A stretch of DNA of 64,000 bases from Candidatus Daviesbacteria bacterium (GCA_028712705.1 JAQTPP010000003.1:52-64051), one strand, 5' to 3'. Counted from the first letter of the stretch, positions 49,646 to 62,467 are shown. The notes: generated by a model from the sequence alone, not told the origin. Program-made: numbers and translations.

Positions 49646-51775
49646 TTAATCCGGCATCACTTCTGATGCAATATCCTGTAATTTTGCATTGAGGAGCGGG
49701 TATTTGTCAAGGGTGGGGTCTTTTGATAATAAATCTTGCGTTTCCTGTCTGGTTTTTTCCAGCAAGGTAATGTTGGAAAAAGTAGCTATTTTAAACTCAA
49801 ATCTGCCTGATTGCGCAGTACCGAAAATTTCCCCGCTTCCCCGGATTTTAAGATCCAAGTTCGCCAGTTTTAACCCATCAAAAGTAGTTTCCAAATATTT
49901 AAGTCTTCTTGCATCATTGCTTGACACATCCGATGTGTAAAGTAGACAGTAAGACTCTTTTGTTCCTCTGCCTACCCTGCCCCGGAGTTGATGCAGCTGA
50001 GCCAGGCCAAAACGTTCTGCCCCTTCAATGACGATGATGGTGGCATTTGGATTATCCATGCCGACTTCAACTACAGAGGTGGAAACCAGAATATCGGTTT
50101 TGCAGGATCGGAAATCTTTGGTGATAGTGTCCTTGTCAGCTCCTTTCATCCTGCCGTGAAGCAGGTCTAATTTAAGATGGGGAAAAACTTTTTGAAGTTT
50201 TTCAAACTCCACCTTGGCGGTCTTTACGGTTGTTAGAGTTTCCGAAGGTTCAATTAAAGGTGTAATAATATACACCTGGTCACCTTCGGCAACTTTTTTG
50301 GCAATGAATTTGTAGGAGTCCAGTCTCTTCTTTTCAGGTACAACATATGTTTTAACCTGTTGCCTTCCGACGGGTAATTCATCAATAATTGACATATCCA
50401 GATCCCCGTATAAAGTTAGTGCCACGGTTCTGGGTATCGGAGTGGCTGTCATGGTAAGGAAATGCGGGATTTTGGCTCTTTTTCGAAGCAGAGTTCGCTG
50501 CTGTACACCAAAACGCTGTTGTTCGTCTATGACAACCAGTCCGATATTGTCAGTGGGTAGTTTCCGGGAAAGAAGGGCATGAGTTCCAACAATCACCTGC
50601 GCGGGTCCTGCCGGCTCTCCGCCATTGGCGGACCGCCGTGCATCCTCGATCGCTTCGCTCCTGCGGCTACGCGTCGGGGACGCTCGCTTCTGCCCGTCAC
50701 CCGCGCTTCTTGATAGCTGCTTCTTGCTGCCTGTATAAATTCCTACTGTGATTCCGTATGGTTCCAGAAGATTTTTTAAGGTTTCAAAATGCTGGAATGC
50801 CAAAATTTCCGTGGGTGCCATGAATAATGTTTTTAGATTATTTAAGTGGACAAGATATGCAGCAGCGGCAGCTACTACTGTTTTTCCGGAGCCTACCTCT
50901 CCTTGTATTAATCTGTTCATCGGTTGATCCTTTTTAAAATCAACAGTAATTTCCTGCAGGACTTTTTGTTGGGCCCGGGTCAGTTTAAATGGGAGTTTTT
51001 TTATAAATTGGTTTAATTTGTTAGAGTTTATTTTAAATGGTTTGACAAGCGGAATTTTGCTCCATTCCAGACGGGCTTTTTGAGTTGCTAAAGACACAAA
51101 AAAAAGTTCATCAAAACCGAGTCTGTTTCTAGCTTTTTCCGCCTGCTCCCAATTTTCCGGGAAATGAATTTGTTGCAAGGCGGAAGCGAGTGGCAACATT
51201 TCGCCTCGAATCGGGTTTGGTAACGGGTCCCTTATTTCATCTAAGACTTGGGGTAGCAGCTGGGCAATTTTGGTGCGCAGCCACTTAGAGCTTACCCCAT
51301 AGGTTTCAGGATAAACAGGGACCAGTCTGCCTGTATGGAGAGTTGGTAGTTGGTAGTTGGTAGTTGGTAGATTGGAAATCTTTTCCCATCTTGGAGCAAT
51401 TATAGAAAGCTTATTTTTATACTTGCTGATTTTGCCTGAAACCTGTAACCTGTCGCCTGTTTGAATCTGTTTGGTCAGCCAGGAAGAGTTAAACCAGGTT
51501 AACTCTATTGGTGAGGTGCCATCATTAAAGACAGCTTTGGTAATAATTTTTCTGGATCTGGTATAAATATTTTGGATTGTCCAGATTTCTCCCTGCAAAG
51601 TTACAGACTCTCCTATTTTGGCTTGCAGAGCTGAGGTAGTATTGGAAAAATCATCATACCTAAAGGGGAAATGATAAATTAAATCTTCAAGAGTGAAAAG
51701 ATTAAGTCTCTCCAGTCTTTTGGCATACGTATAACCAATACCCGAGAGTTGCAATAAAGGCGTATTAAAATTCAT
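49646..51775 (-). CDS. recG: ATP-dependent DNA helicase RecG with two inserts
   Basis: QGEVGSGKT, MAPTEILA, VGTHAL, DEQQRFGV, TATPIPR, QLRGRVGR. Confidence 0.96.
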   Translation of the reverse strand: MNFNTPLLQLSGIGYTYAKRLERLNLFTLEDLIYHFPFRYDDFSNTTSALQAKIGESVTLQGEIWTIQNIYTRSRKIITKAVFNDGTSPIELTWFNSSWLTKQIQTGDRLQVSGKISKYKNKLSIIAPRWEKISNLPTTNYQLPTLHTGRLVPVYPETYGVSSKWLRTKIAQLLPQVLDEIRDPLPNPIRGEMLPLASALQQIHFPENWEQAEKARNRLGFDELFFVSLATQKARLEWSKIPLVKPFKINSNKLNQFIKKLPFKLTRAQQKVLQEITVDFKKDQPMNRLIQGEVGSGKTVVAAAAAYLVHLNNLKTLFMAPTEILAFQHFETLKNLLEPYGITVGIYTGSKKQLSRSAGDGQKRASPTRSRRSEAIEDARRSANGGEPAGPAQVIVGTHALLSRKLPTDNIGLVVIDEQQRFGVQQRTLLRKRAKIPHFLTMTATPIPRTVALTLYGDLDMSIIDELPVGRQQVKTYVVPEKKRLDSYKFIAKKVAEGDQVYIITPLIEPSETLTTVKTAKVEFEKLQKVFPHLKLDLLHGRMKGADKDTITKDFRSCKTDILVSTSVVEVGMDNPNATIIVIEGAERFGLAQLHQLRGRVGRGTKESYCLLYTSDVSSNDARRLKYLETTFDGLKLANLDLKIRGSGEIFGTAQSGRFEFKIATFSNITLLEKTRQETQDLLSKDPTLDKYPLLNAKLQDIASEVMPD
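50599..50706. repeat. 108-nt GC-rich multi-hairpin insert in recG
   Basis: Arms GCGCGGGT/ACCCGCGC; internal TCCGCC-ATT-GGCGGA and TCGCTTCGCTC. Confidence 0.8.
51341..51370. repeat. Heptamer array in recG
   Basis: (AGTTGGT)x4; encodes LPTTNYQLPT. Confidence 0.85.
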
Positions 51776-51891
51776 GTGGCTATTTTAACACTAAAGCGAG
51801 GTTAAAAGAGGCAATAGAGAGAAAAGGATAATTGCCACTCCGGCCACAACAGATAAAATTATCCAGAAAATTTTAAATTTATTTGAGTACA

Positions 51892-53004
51892 TCATTTGCT
51901 AGTTAACCTTTCAATTTCTGCTAAAGCAGCTTTTCTTTTCGGATCTTCAAAGTATTTGCGGGCAGGTTCAAGTTTGGCAATCAGCCATTCTGCTACAGCA
52001 TTTTTTAGATCCATGGGGTGAAGTTTTTTCCCTGCATAATCTTTTTCTAATTCTTCATAAGTAGTGTAAGTTATATCCCCTCCCCATTTTTGATCGCGTT
52101 GAACTTGCAAGGCGTCCCCTTGCGAAGCTGACGGGTAGAAAATTAAATGTTTAGTCCAGTCCAGGATTGGATTAAATTCAACTTCCCCTTCCGGGCAATA
52201 GGCATTTGTGATCTTTTTCTTGATTTCATCCGGCTCATCATGAATAAAGATAGCGCTGTCCGGTTTGGACTTACTCATTTTTGCAGCCTCCAGATCCATG
52301 ACTTTTTTTCCATTTTCATCTGTTTTAAAAACCGGTTGCGCAAGGCCTTGTAACAGGTGGTGATGAATGGCAATTGGTTTTTGCTTACCTATCTTCCCAG
52401 CTGCTTCTCTGGCTACAACATGGACATTTCTTTGGTCCGTTCCTGCATGGGCAATGGTTACACCTAATGCAAATATGTCAGCTGATTGCATTGCAGGATA
52501 AATTAACATGGCACTGTCTGAAATCTCATTTTCTTTCCTGCCCATGATGGTGGTGGAGCGTAGCATTCGGGCTATGGTGGTGGCTTTGGATACTCTTATG
52601 ACATCAGCCCAGTAACTTTGTCCTATTTTTTCATACAATTCGCTTCCCAAAACAAATTCGATTTTATTCGGATCTGCTCCCACACAAAGCGCCGAAGCTT
52701 TAAGTCCCTCTTCAAAATAATCCCCGGCCATCCGCCTTGCCGTTTCCAACGTTCCATCCAATTTCTTGTTTAACCAGGTATGCCAATCAGCCAAAAAAAT
52801 AGTAGTCGAAACTCCGGCTTGTTGCAGATCTTTAATCTTTTGCATCGTGGCAAAGCCGGTTCCCAAGTGTACTTTCCCGGAAATCTCAAAGCCAATATAG
52901 TGTTTAAGGGGTTTTCCGGATTCAATTAAGACTTTTAACTCCTCTTCAGTTAAAACTTCTTCCAGGTTTCTGGTAATTAAATCAAATTTTTCCTCGCTGG
53001 TCAT
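51892..53004 (-). CDS. tyrS: Tyrosine--tRNA ligase, archaeal/eukaryote-like type (start ATG 53004)
   Basis: YIGFEISGKVHLG, ADWH, YPAMQSAD, GTDQR, KMSKS, AYCP, LHPMDLK. Confidence 0.9.
   Translation of the reverse strand: MTSEEKFDLITRNLEEVLTEEELKVLIESGKPLKHYIGFEISGKVHLGTGFATMQKIKDLQQAGVSTTIFLADWHTWLNKKLDGTLETARRMAGDYFEEGLKASALCVGADPNKIEFVLGSELYEKIGQSYWADVIRVSKATTIARMLRSTTIMGRKENEISDSAMLIYPAMQSADIFALGVTIAHAGTDQRNVHVVAREAAGKIGKQKPIAIHHHLLQGLAQPVFKTDENGKKVMDLEAAKMSKSKPDSAIFIHDEPDEIKKKITNAYCPEGEVEFNPILDWTKHLIFYPSASQGDALQVQRDQKWGGDITYTTYEELEKDYAGKKLHPMDLKNAVAEWLIAKLEPARKYFEDPKRKAALAEIERLTSK
52104..52127. repeat. Family A hairpin in tyrS
   Basis: CTTGCAAGG-CGTCC-CCTTGCGAAG. Confidence 0.75.
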
Positions 53005-53035
53005 AAATTGTGATAATATTACTATAGCACACAAA

Positions 53036-54607
53036 ATGTCAAAAACATTAAATAAATTATCAGCCAGCTTAGTTGCGGCATACGACAGGATTTCTACCCC
53101 AAGCCAGGATAAAACTATTTCAGTTAATCCGCTGGTGGCCGAAATTGCCACCTGGTATGAAAAATTCCGCACGGCGATTGATTACCGGGAGGACGAAGTG
53201 ATACTGCGTTCCACCATTGAGCGGATTTTGAAAAGGAGACTAATTTTAGGAGGAAACGGGCAGACAGTTGCTGCCCCTTTGATTAGAGAACTGGTTTGGG
53301 CCCGCTACTTTCCTGATTCATCTGTGCCCGAAGCATTGGTTAGCAAAGTGGCTGAAGCAATAGATTTGTATTTGAGCCTGGAGGAGCTGATAAATAAAAA
53401 GCACCGCTTTAACAGTGGTTTGGTCAATGAATGGATTTTAAATCTTTTATCCGCCGAGATCGAACATATTCTCAAACCCAATGATTCAAAAGACGTCATG
53501 AGTAATTTTATATTCGGGATTTTCAAAGACAGAATTACTATTCCTGACGATACCGAAGAAACAAGAGACTTACAAACTTTTATTGCGGTAAGAAGGTCGT
53601 ATGCCAATGACGACCTGGCCTTCTTACGTTACCATTTATTTAAGCAGTATTTCGGAGGGTTGACAAAAGGAAATATTGATCGGGTTGCCGAACGCTTCCC
53701 GGAGGCGCTCACTCAAATTGAATATCAATTTCGCTACCCGGCAAAAGATAAAATCTATTCATATATTAAAAATCAGGTTATTCCGTTTTTGATTTTGGAT
53801 GATGTTTTAAGAAAACATCGGGAAAGTGGTTTTTCCATAACTTTGGACAAAGACCTCTTGCACTTCGAAGTGCTGTCTGCCTGTAACAGGAGATACAAGA
53901 CAATTTCCGCAAAAGTCAAAAGAGGAATTATCAGAAGCGTCATTTTTATATTTTTTACAAAAGCAATTTTTGCTTTGCTTGTGGAAGGAACTTTTGAAAG
54001 ATTCATTTACGGTTATGTAATATGGTCATCCATGGCATTAAATACTCTCACGCCGCCGCTTCTGATGATCATAGTTGGGCTTTTCATTAAAAGTCCAGGT
54101 AGAGATAATTCAATGAGAATCCTCCGAAAAATAGATACTATTTTATATGATGATCCTCCGGAGTTAGACCCGCCTTTAGCGGTTAAGAAAAAACCTGGCA
54201 AAACAGGGCCGGTGTTTTGGACACTGTTTATCCTACTTTGGCTGACCACTTTTGTTGTAAGCTTTGGGGTGATGGTGTTTATTTTGACCAAGCTGCACGT
54301 TAATCCACTTTCTCAGGCCGTCTTTATCTTTTTCCTGGCAATTGTATCGTTTGTGACATATCGGATAAATCGGACAGCCAATATGTATACCATGAAAGAC
54401 AGGAAGGATAATTTTGGCTCTTTATTTTTTAACTTTTTCTTCCTGCCGGTTATCCAGGTTGGGAGAAGATTAACTATGGCAATCAGCCAAATAAATATAA
54501 TTCTTTTTATATTTGATTTTATAATTGAAACTCCATTTAAAGGCATTTTTGCCTTTTTTGAACAATGGTTTCTCTTCCTTAGGACCCAAAGAGAAAAACT
54601 GGATTGA
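53036..54607 (+). CDS. Hypothetical membrane protein
   Basis: 523 aa; soluble N-terminal half and several C-terminal TM segments. Confidence 0.8.
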   Translation: MSKTLNKLSASLVAAYDRISTPSQDKTISVNPLVAEIATWYEKFRTAIDYREDEVILRSTIERILKRRLILGGNGQTVAAPLIRELVWARYFPDSSVPEALVSKVAEAIDLYLSLEELINKKHRFNSGLVNEWILNLLSAEIEHILKPNDSKDVMSNFIFGIFKDRITIPDDTEETRDLQTFIAVRRSYANDDLAFLRYHLFKQYFGGLTKGNIDRVAERFPEALTQIEYQFRYPAKDKIYSYIKNQVIPFLILDDVLRKHRESGFSITLDKDLLHFEVLSACNRRYKTISAKVKRGIIRSVIFIFFTKAIFALLVEGTFERFIYGYVIWSSMALNTLTPPLLMIIVGLFIKSPGRDNSMRILRKIDTILYDDPPELDPPLAVKKKPGKTGPVFWTLFILLWLTTFVVSFGVMVFILTKLHVNPLSQAVFIFFLAIVSFVTYRINRTANMYTMKDRKDNFGSLFFNFFFLPVIQVGRRLTMAISQINIILFIFDFIIETPFKGIFAFFEQWFLFLRTQREKLD

Positions 54608-54647
54608 GAAAAGTTGACAAAGCAGAGAGAGATAAAATGGGATCATT

Positions 54648-54956
54648 GTGGAACAACAAATCGAAATTAGATCCGAAAAAACTCCTGGGGATTTAAAAAG
54701 AGAAGAAATCGCAGTATCGCTTGGTGAATCGTTTGGTAGTGGATGGCAATTCTGTCGAAATTATATGGTGGGGTTAAAAGAACCAGGAGAAAGCGTAAGC
54801 TTCCTGTCTAAATTAGAATCAGACAGGAGGGATGGAAAAATTAAAGACTGGCGAGCTAGTAAACCAGCCTTCGATGATGATGGGAGGGAATTGCCCTTTA
54901 GCCAGGTAAGGGCTGCCTACATTAAATCTAAACCACCAGAATCAAAAATACCCTAG
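54648..54956 (+). CDS. Hypothetical protein
   Basis: 102 aa, GTG start; TTGACA and TAAAAT upstream. Confidence 0.6.
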   Translation: MEQQIEIRSEKTPGDLKREEIAVSLGESFGSGWQFCRNYMVGLKEPGESVSFLSKLESDRRDGKIKDWRASKPAFDDDGRELPFSQVRAAYIKSKPPESKIP

Positions 54957-55029
54957 CATGTAAAGTTTCGTCGCTAATGAATTAACCTCGTCACAAAATA
55001 ATTTTTAAATATCTGTAAATTGAAATGGT

Positions 55030-55757
55030 TTAAAACACTCTCCCACTTGACGAGTGGGAATACAGATATAGATAATAAATGTGTGGTTAATCCTTCATTT
55101 ACTAGCGGTAGCTTTTATCATATTTATAATCGGGGTGTTGAAAAAAGAAAAATCTTTATGGATAAATGGGATTATTTACGATTTTTGGAAACGCTGGATT
55201 TTTATCGTAAATCACCTGTACCGATGAAGCTTTCTGATTACAGAAGAGGTATAATAAAACTTAAAAAGATAGAAAATCAAGCAGAATTAATTCAAATATT
55301 TTGCTATATTCTGATGCCAAATCATTTTCATCTCTTAATTCAGCAATTAATAGATGGTGGTATATCAGGGTTTATGAGAAAGATAGCAGATAGTTATACA
55401 AGATATTTTAATACAAAATACGAGCGAGTTGGTTCTTTATTCCAGGGAGTTTTCAAGATGAAGTTGGTGGAGACCGACGAGTATTTATTGCAATTGTCAA
55501 AATATATTCATCGAAACAGCTTCCCACTTGACGAGTGGGAAGGTAAAGTTTATCCATATTCTTCATATCCTTACTACTTATCAGGGGAACCCCATCCTTT
55601 TTGTGAGACAAGCTTCATTTCTTCCTATTTTTCTAAAACTAATCCTAATTTAAGCTATCAGTCTTTTGTAGAAGAAACAGGAATTGGAGACCCTGCTTTA
55701 TTTGATTTATTAATTGATGCCGATGATTAAAACACATTCCCACATTCCATGTGGGAA
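55030..55757 (+). mobile_element. RAYT locus with three cognate REP-like hairpins
   Basis: TCCCAC-N7-GTGGGA at 55041-55059, 55521-55541 (inside CDS) and 55737-55757; both flanking copies follow TTAAAACAC. Confidence 0.8.
55083..55730 (+). CDS. REP-associated tyrosine transposase (Y1 HUH, IS200/IS605 TnpA superfamily); likely start GTG 55083
   Basis: FYHIYNRG, YILMPNHFHLL (HUH), GSLFQG, YIHRN (catalytic Tyr), YPYSSY. Confidence 0.88.
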   Translation: MVNPSFTSGSFYHIYNRGVEKRKIFMDKWDYLRFLETLDFYRKSPVPMKLSDYRRGIIKLKKIENQAELIQIFCYILMPNHFHLLIQQLIDGGISGFMRKIADSYTRYFNTKYERVGSLFQGVFKMKLVETDEYLLQLSKYIHRNSFPLDEWEGKVYPYSSYPYYLSGEPHPFCETSFISSYFSKTNPNLSYQSFVEETGIGDPALFDLLIDADD

Positions 55758-55810
55758 GCTAAAAATAAAGCTTCTTGTAAAATGTTTGGAATTCAAGCAC
55801 AATAATAAAT

Positions 55811-55841
55811 AGATCCTTCGGCTAATCGCCTCAGGATGACA
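55811..55841. repeat. Family D (ATCCT subtype) half-element just before the atpB RBS
   Basis: AGATCCTTCGGCTAATCGCCTCAGGATGACA; inverse-like copy of atpD 60462-60488. Confidence 0.75.
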
Positions 55842-55851
55842 GAGGAGAGTT

Positions 55852-56571
55852 ATGGAACATGCAATAGTACTAAAGCCTGAGATCTTGGGTTATTTTAAAT
55901 TTTTACCGATCACCAATACTCTTTTAGTAAGCTGGATCACAATGCTTGTTCTTATTGTAGTGTCAATCCTTGCTACCCGGAAAGTGCAACTGATTCCCTC
56001 CGGTTTACAAAGTTTATTTGAAATAGTTTTAGATTTTGGCTATACCACAGTTTCGGATTTGGCAGGAGAAAAAAAGACAGCAGTGTTTTTTCCGGTGGTC
56101 ATGACATTTTTTTTGTTTATCTTGGTCGCAAACTGGATCGGACTTTTGCCCGGGTTTGCAACTATTACTTTTGATAAAGAGCCACTGCTTCGTTCCATGA
56201 ATTCCGATCTAAATATGACTTTGGCCCTGGCCTTGACTTCTGCTTTTTTAACCCATGCTTTTGCAATAAGATACCTGGGTTTTTTAGGTTATTTAAGTAA
56301 ATGGTTTAGTTTAAACCCGATATTTTTATTCGTGGGAATTTTGGAGATCGTTTCCGAGTTGACTAAAATAGTATCGTTATCTTTCAGGCTTTTTGGTAAT
56401 ATATTTGCAGGTGAGGTGGTGCTGTCAACGGTTTCATCGATTTTTGCTTTTTTAGCGCCGCTCCCTTTTTATTTTCTGGAAATTATTGTAGGATTTGTAC
56501 AGGCAGCTGTTTTTATGATGTTGACTTTAGTTTTTATGGTTCTTTTATCAGAGAAACATGAAGCTGGTTAA
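55852..56571 (+). CDS. atpB: ATP synthase F0 subunit a
   Basis: NWIGLLPG, SLSFRLFGNIFAGE, VQAAVF. Confidence 0.95.
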   Translation: MEHAIVLKPEILGYFKFLPITNTLLVSWITMLVLIVVSILATRKVQLIPSGLQSLFEIVLDFGYTTVSDLAGEKKTAVFFPVVMTFFLFILVANWIGLLPGFATITFDKEPLLRSMNSDLNMTLALALTSAFLTHAFAIRYLGFLGYLSKWFSLNPIFLFVGILEIVSELTKIVSLSFRLFGNIFAGEVVLSTVSSIFAFLAPLPFYFLEIIVGFVQAAVFMMLTLVFMVLLSEKHEAG

Positions 56572-56594
56572 ACAAAACAAAGAAAGGAGATAAA

Positions 56595-56801
56595 ATGCCA
56601 GAGAATTTTGCATCGGGTTTCACTATTGCATTAGGAGCGATGTTTCCGGCTTTTGCCATCGGTTTGATCGGTTACAAAGCTATGGAAGCAATCGGTCGTA
56701 ATCCGGATGCCCAAACTAAAATTTTGCCGGCCATGCTTTTAAGTATGGCTTTTGCAGAAGCTATTGCTATCTACGCTTTGGTGATAGCTTTTATTAAATA
56801 A
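56595..56801 (+). CDS. atpE: ATP synthase F0 subunit c
   Basis: AIGRNPDA; FAEAIAIYAL. Confidence 0.95.
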   Translation: MPENFASGFTIALGAMFPAFAIGLIGYKAMEAIGRNPDAQTKILPAMLLSMAFAEAIAIYALVIAFIK

Positions 56802-56952
56802 GCAGCTCATCAGAGCGCAAAAAACCGCTCGCGCGACCAGATCGCTCGCTTGAGGTTTGCTTTGTGCCGAGTATAGATACAGTCATGGGTAAAGTAGTGC
56901 ACAAAGCTGCACCACATTTTTTGACTGCTTCTGATTTCGCTGTTTGATAATT

Positions 56953-57447
56953 ATGGAAATATTAAACGAATTTGGGATAAATCCAATACTTTTAGCCGCG
57001 CAAGCAGTTAATTTTGCGATACTTCTTTTTATTTTAAAGAAGTTTATGTATAAGCCAATCTTAAAAGTTTTAGAAGAGCGTAAAAAAAGAATTGCAGAAA
57101 GTTTAAAAAACGCAGAAGAGATAGAGAAAAGATTGCAGGAAACCAATGAGAAAATAGATGTTATGATCGCTAAAGCTGCAAACGAGGCGCAGAAAATAAT
57201 TGATGAATCAAAAAAAGAAGGCGTCCTGTATCTTGAGGAGACCAAGCAAAAGGCCGGCGAGATGGCGCAAGAGTTAATTAAAAAGAGCGAAGAAGCTGCC
57301 CGCGCTGAAACTGCAAAAATGCAGCAGGAAGTAATGAACAAAGTAGCAGAGATTGTAGCTATGGGGCTACAGAAAGTAACAGGTAAGATTTTAAACAAAA
57401 AAGACCAAAGAGAGATAATTGAAAGGAGTGTTAAAAACTTGTCATGA
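56953..57447 (+). CDS. atpF: ATP synthase F0 subunit b
   Basis: QAVNFAILLFILKKFMYKPI..LEERKKRI. Confidence 0.93.
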   Translation: MEILNEFGINPILLAAQAVNFAILLFILKKFMYKPILKVLEERKKRIAESLKNAEEIEKRLQETNEKIDVMIAKAANEAQKIIDESKKEGVLYLEETKQKAGEMAQELIKKSEEAARAETAKMQQEVMNKVAEIVAMGLQKVTGKILNKKDQREIIERSVKNLS

Positions 57448-57845
57448 CAAAAAAAGAGTTACAAAAAAAAGTCGCTAAATTAGTGAATATCAGCTTTAAA
57501 GACGGCAGAATGGTTGAGTCCTGCGCAGTCAAGTCAATTAAAGCTCTTAAGTCTCTACCAAGATATGAAGCGATTTTTGCTTTATCAGAATATTTGAAAG
57601 GAATACGAAGAATTGAAAGAGAGCATACCTTGTATATTGAAACGCTAGTGCCGCTTTCCCCCGCTCAGGTTAAAAAGGCAAAAAAGTTGGCAGAGAAAAA
57701 GACTCAGATCACTAAAGTTTTGGTGAATATTAACCCGGAAATCTTAGGCGGGTTTAAATTAAAGATCGGTGATGAAATTTGGGATGAATCTGTCTTAGGG
57801 AAAATCAGTCAAGTAAAGGAGGTTATACAAGGCAACTATGAGTGA
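57444..57845 (+). CDS. atpH: ATP synthase delta subunit (short)
   Basis: [21 protein letters not shown]; operon position. Confidence 0.85.
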   Translation: MTKKELQKKVAKLVNISFKDGRMVESCAVKSIKALKSLPRYEAIFALSEYLKGIRRIEREHTLYIETLVPLSPAQVKKAKKLAEKKTQITKVLVNINPEILGGFKLKIGDEIWDESVLGKISQVKEVIQGNYE

Positions 57846-59353
57846 TCTGGTTGATCAAATAGAATCACAAATTAAAGGTTTGAAACTGGCTGCTCAAAAG
57901 CAAAATGTGGGAGTAGTTACTGAAATTGGTGACGGAGTAGCTAGAGTAGAAGGTTTATCAGATGTTCAATACTCCGAGCTTGTGGATTTTGGTCCTTCGG
58001 CAGACTCAGGACGAGTTTATGGTTTGGCTTTGAATTTGGAACAATACAATGTCGGAACAGTTATTTTTGGAGATTTTACAAAAGTAAAAGAGGGAGACAA
58101 AGTCAAAACTACAGGCGCAGTTTTACAGGTTCCGGTTGGTGAAGGATTAATTGGCCGGGTGGTTGATGGTTTAGGCAATCCAATTGACGGTAAAGGGGTG
58201 ATTAAGGTTAAAGATCACTACCCGGTGGAAAAAATTGCCCCGGGTGTTATTACCAGACAATCAGTCAATACTCCGCTGCAAACAGGCATTAAAGCAATTG
58301 ATGCTATGATCCCGATTGGCCGGGGGCAGCGGGAGTTGATTATAGGTGATAGAAATACCGGAAAAACTACCATTGCCGTAGATACGATTATAAATCAAAA
58401 AGACGTGGTCTGCATTTATGTCGCAATCGGTCAGAAAACTTCCAAAGTGGTCCAACTGGTAGCTAAACTGGAAGAATCCGGAGCCATGGAACACACCATT
58501 ATAGTTTCCGCCTCTGCCTCTGATTCTGTCACCATGCAATATCTGGCCCCGTATGCAGGTTGTGCCATGGGTGAGTATTTCATGGATCAAGGTAAGGACG
58601 TCTTGATTGTCTATGATGATTTGTCTAAACACGCTTGGGCATATAGGCAAATGTCTCTGCTTCTTCGGCGCCCGTCAGGCCGTGAAGCTTATCCCGGAGA
58701 CGTATTTTATCTTCACTCCAGATTACTCGAGCGGGCTGCAAAACTAAATAAAGACTTCGGCGGAGGATCGCTGACTGCCCTGCCGATTATTGAGACACAA
58801 GCAGGCGATGTTTCAGCGTATATTCCGACCAATGTTATATCGATAACCGATGGACAGATCTATTTAGAATCGGATCTCTTTTTTGCCGGAATCAGGCCGG
58901 CTGTTAACGTGGGTTTATCTGTTTCCAGGGTTGGCGGTGATGCTCAAATAAAAGCTATGAAGGCAGTGGCAGGGAAACTCCGGTTAGATCTGGCCCAATT
59001 CAGGGCTTTGCAAGCTTTTGCCCAATTTTCCTCAGATTTGGATGCCGCCACAAAATCCCAGATAGAACGGGGAAAAAGGATTACGGAAATCTTAAAGCAG
59101 GTTCCCTTTAATCCTGTTCCGGTTGAAGAACAAGTGGTTTCTCTTTGGGCAGTCACAAACGGGTTTTTGGATGAGATAGAAGTTGATAAGGTGCGGGAAT
59201 TTGAACAAAAGTATATCGCTCATATTAAACTTCGACAGAAAAAACTACTTGTTGAGATAGCGTCTAAGAAAGAATTGGATGAAAAAATGGTTTTAGAACT
59301 TGAGAAAATAACTAAAGAGTTCGTTGGAGTATTTGCGAAAGGGATGAAGAAAA

Positions 59354-59361
<8 letters not shown>
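57838..59361 (+). CDS. atpA: ATP synthase F1 alpha
   Basis: [31 protein letters not shown]. Confidence 0.97.
57992..58012. repeat. Family C mini-insert in atpA
   Basis: GTCCTTCGGCAGACTCAGGAC; encodes GPSADSGR. Confidence 0.6.
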
Positions 59362-61793
<2,432 letters not shown>

Positions 61794-61796
61794 AAA

Positions 61797-62108
61797 TTAG
61801 TTTCCCCCAGTCACTAATTCTATAAGCAGATTGGCATATTGGATATCTCTTCTGGTAGTGCGAACTTTCTGCCGGAAACGCTCTGAAGTAAATCTTCTCA
61901 GCCCTCTTTCAACCTTTCTGATGGTATCTGGTTCTGTTATTTCTCCAAATACGATTCCGTTTTCAAGATGAGCAACTAATCCTTGAAACCAACTTTTTCG
62001 AACTTTAAAATTGTTGTTTGGAGAAGTACTATGCAAAATTTCCTCAGGAATTTCGTCACTGTACCCCCCCCGATACCTAATAAGATCTTCTCTAAATTCT
62101 TTATTCAT
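61797..62108 (-). CDS. Hypothetical protein
   Basis: 103-aa ORF with TATAAT upstream. Confidence 0.6.
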   Translation of the reverse strand: MNKEFREDLIRYRGGYSDEIPEEILHSTSPNNNFKVRKSWFQGLVAHLENGIVFGEITEPDTIRKVERGLRRFTSERFRQKVRTTRRDIQYANLLIELVTGGN

Positions 62109-62194
62109 AACGGATAGGTATTATACAGCAAACTTGTTGCGATCGTGAGAAAAATGTGTGTTTAGCTTTATACCTTGAAGGCGTCAAACTGAAA

Positions 62195-62467
62195 TTATTT
62201 GTATAGTTGGCTGTGGGTGCCCAGCATTTCAAAAGAAACAACAATATAAGAATTATTTTCCTTTATCACTAAAAATACCGCTCTCCAGTCGCCGGTAATA
62301 TTAATGCTTCTATATCCGGAGTATTTCCCGGAAAGCGGATGATTGTGAAGTTGTGGATAAAAAGGATTTTTGTTAAATAATTCTACGCGTTTTTTAAATG
62401 CCCGTTTTATTTTTCCGTCTGCCCGTTCGTATTCCTTAACGAACTCTCTTGCGTAGCTGATTTTCAT
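62195..62467 (-). CDS. RelE/YafQ-family toxin
   Basis: HPLSGKYSGYRSINITGDWRAV; GTHSQLY. Confidence 0.88.
   Translation of the reverse strand: MKISYAREFVKEYERADGKIKRAFKKRVELFNKNPFYPQLHNHPLSGKYSGYRSINITGDWRAVFLVIKENNSYIVVSFEMLGTHSQLYK

Noticed and set aside
55020-55730. Classical IS200/IS605 insertion sequence
   Set aside because: No tnpB, and the length, motifs and repeated flanking hairpins fit a RAYT better
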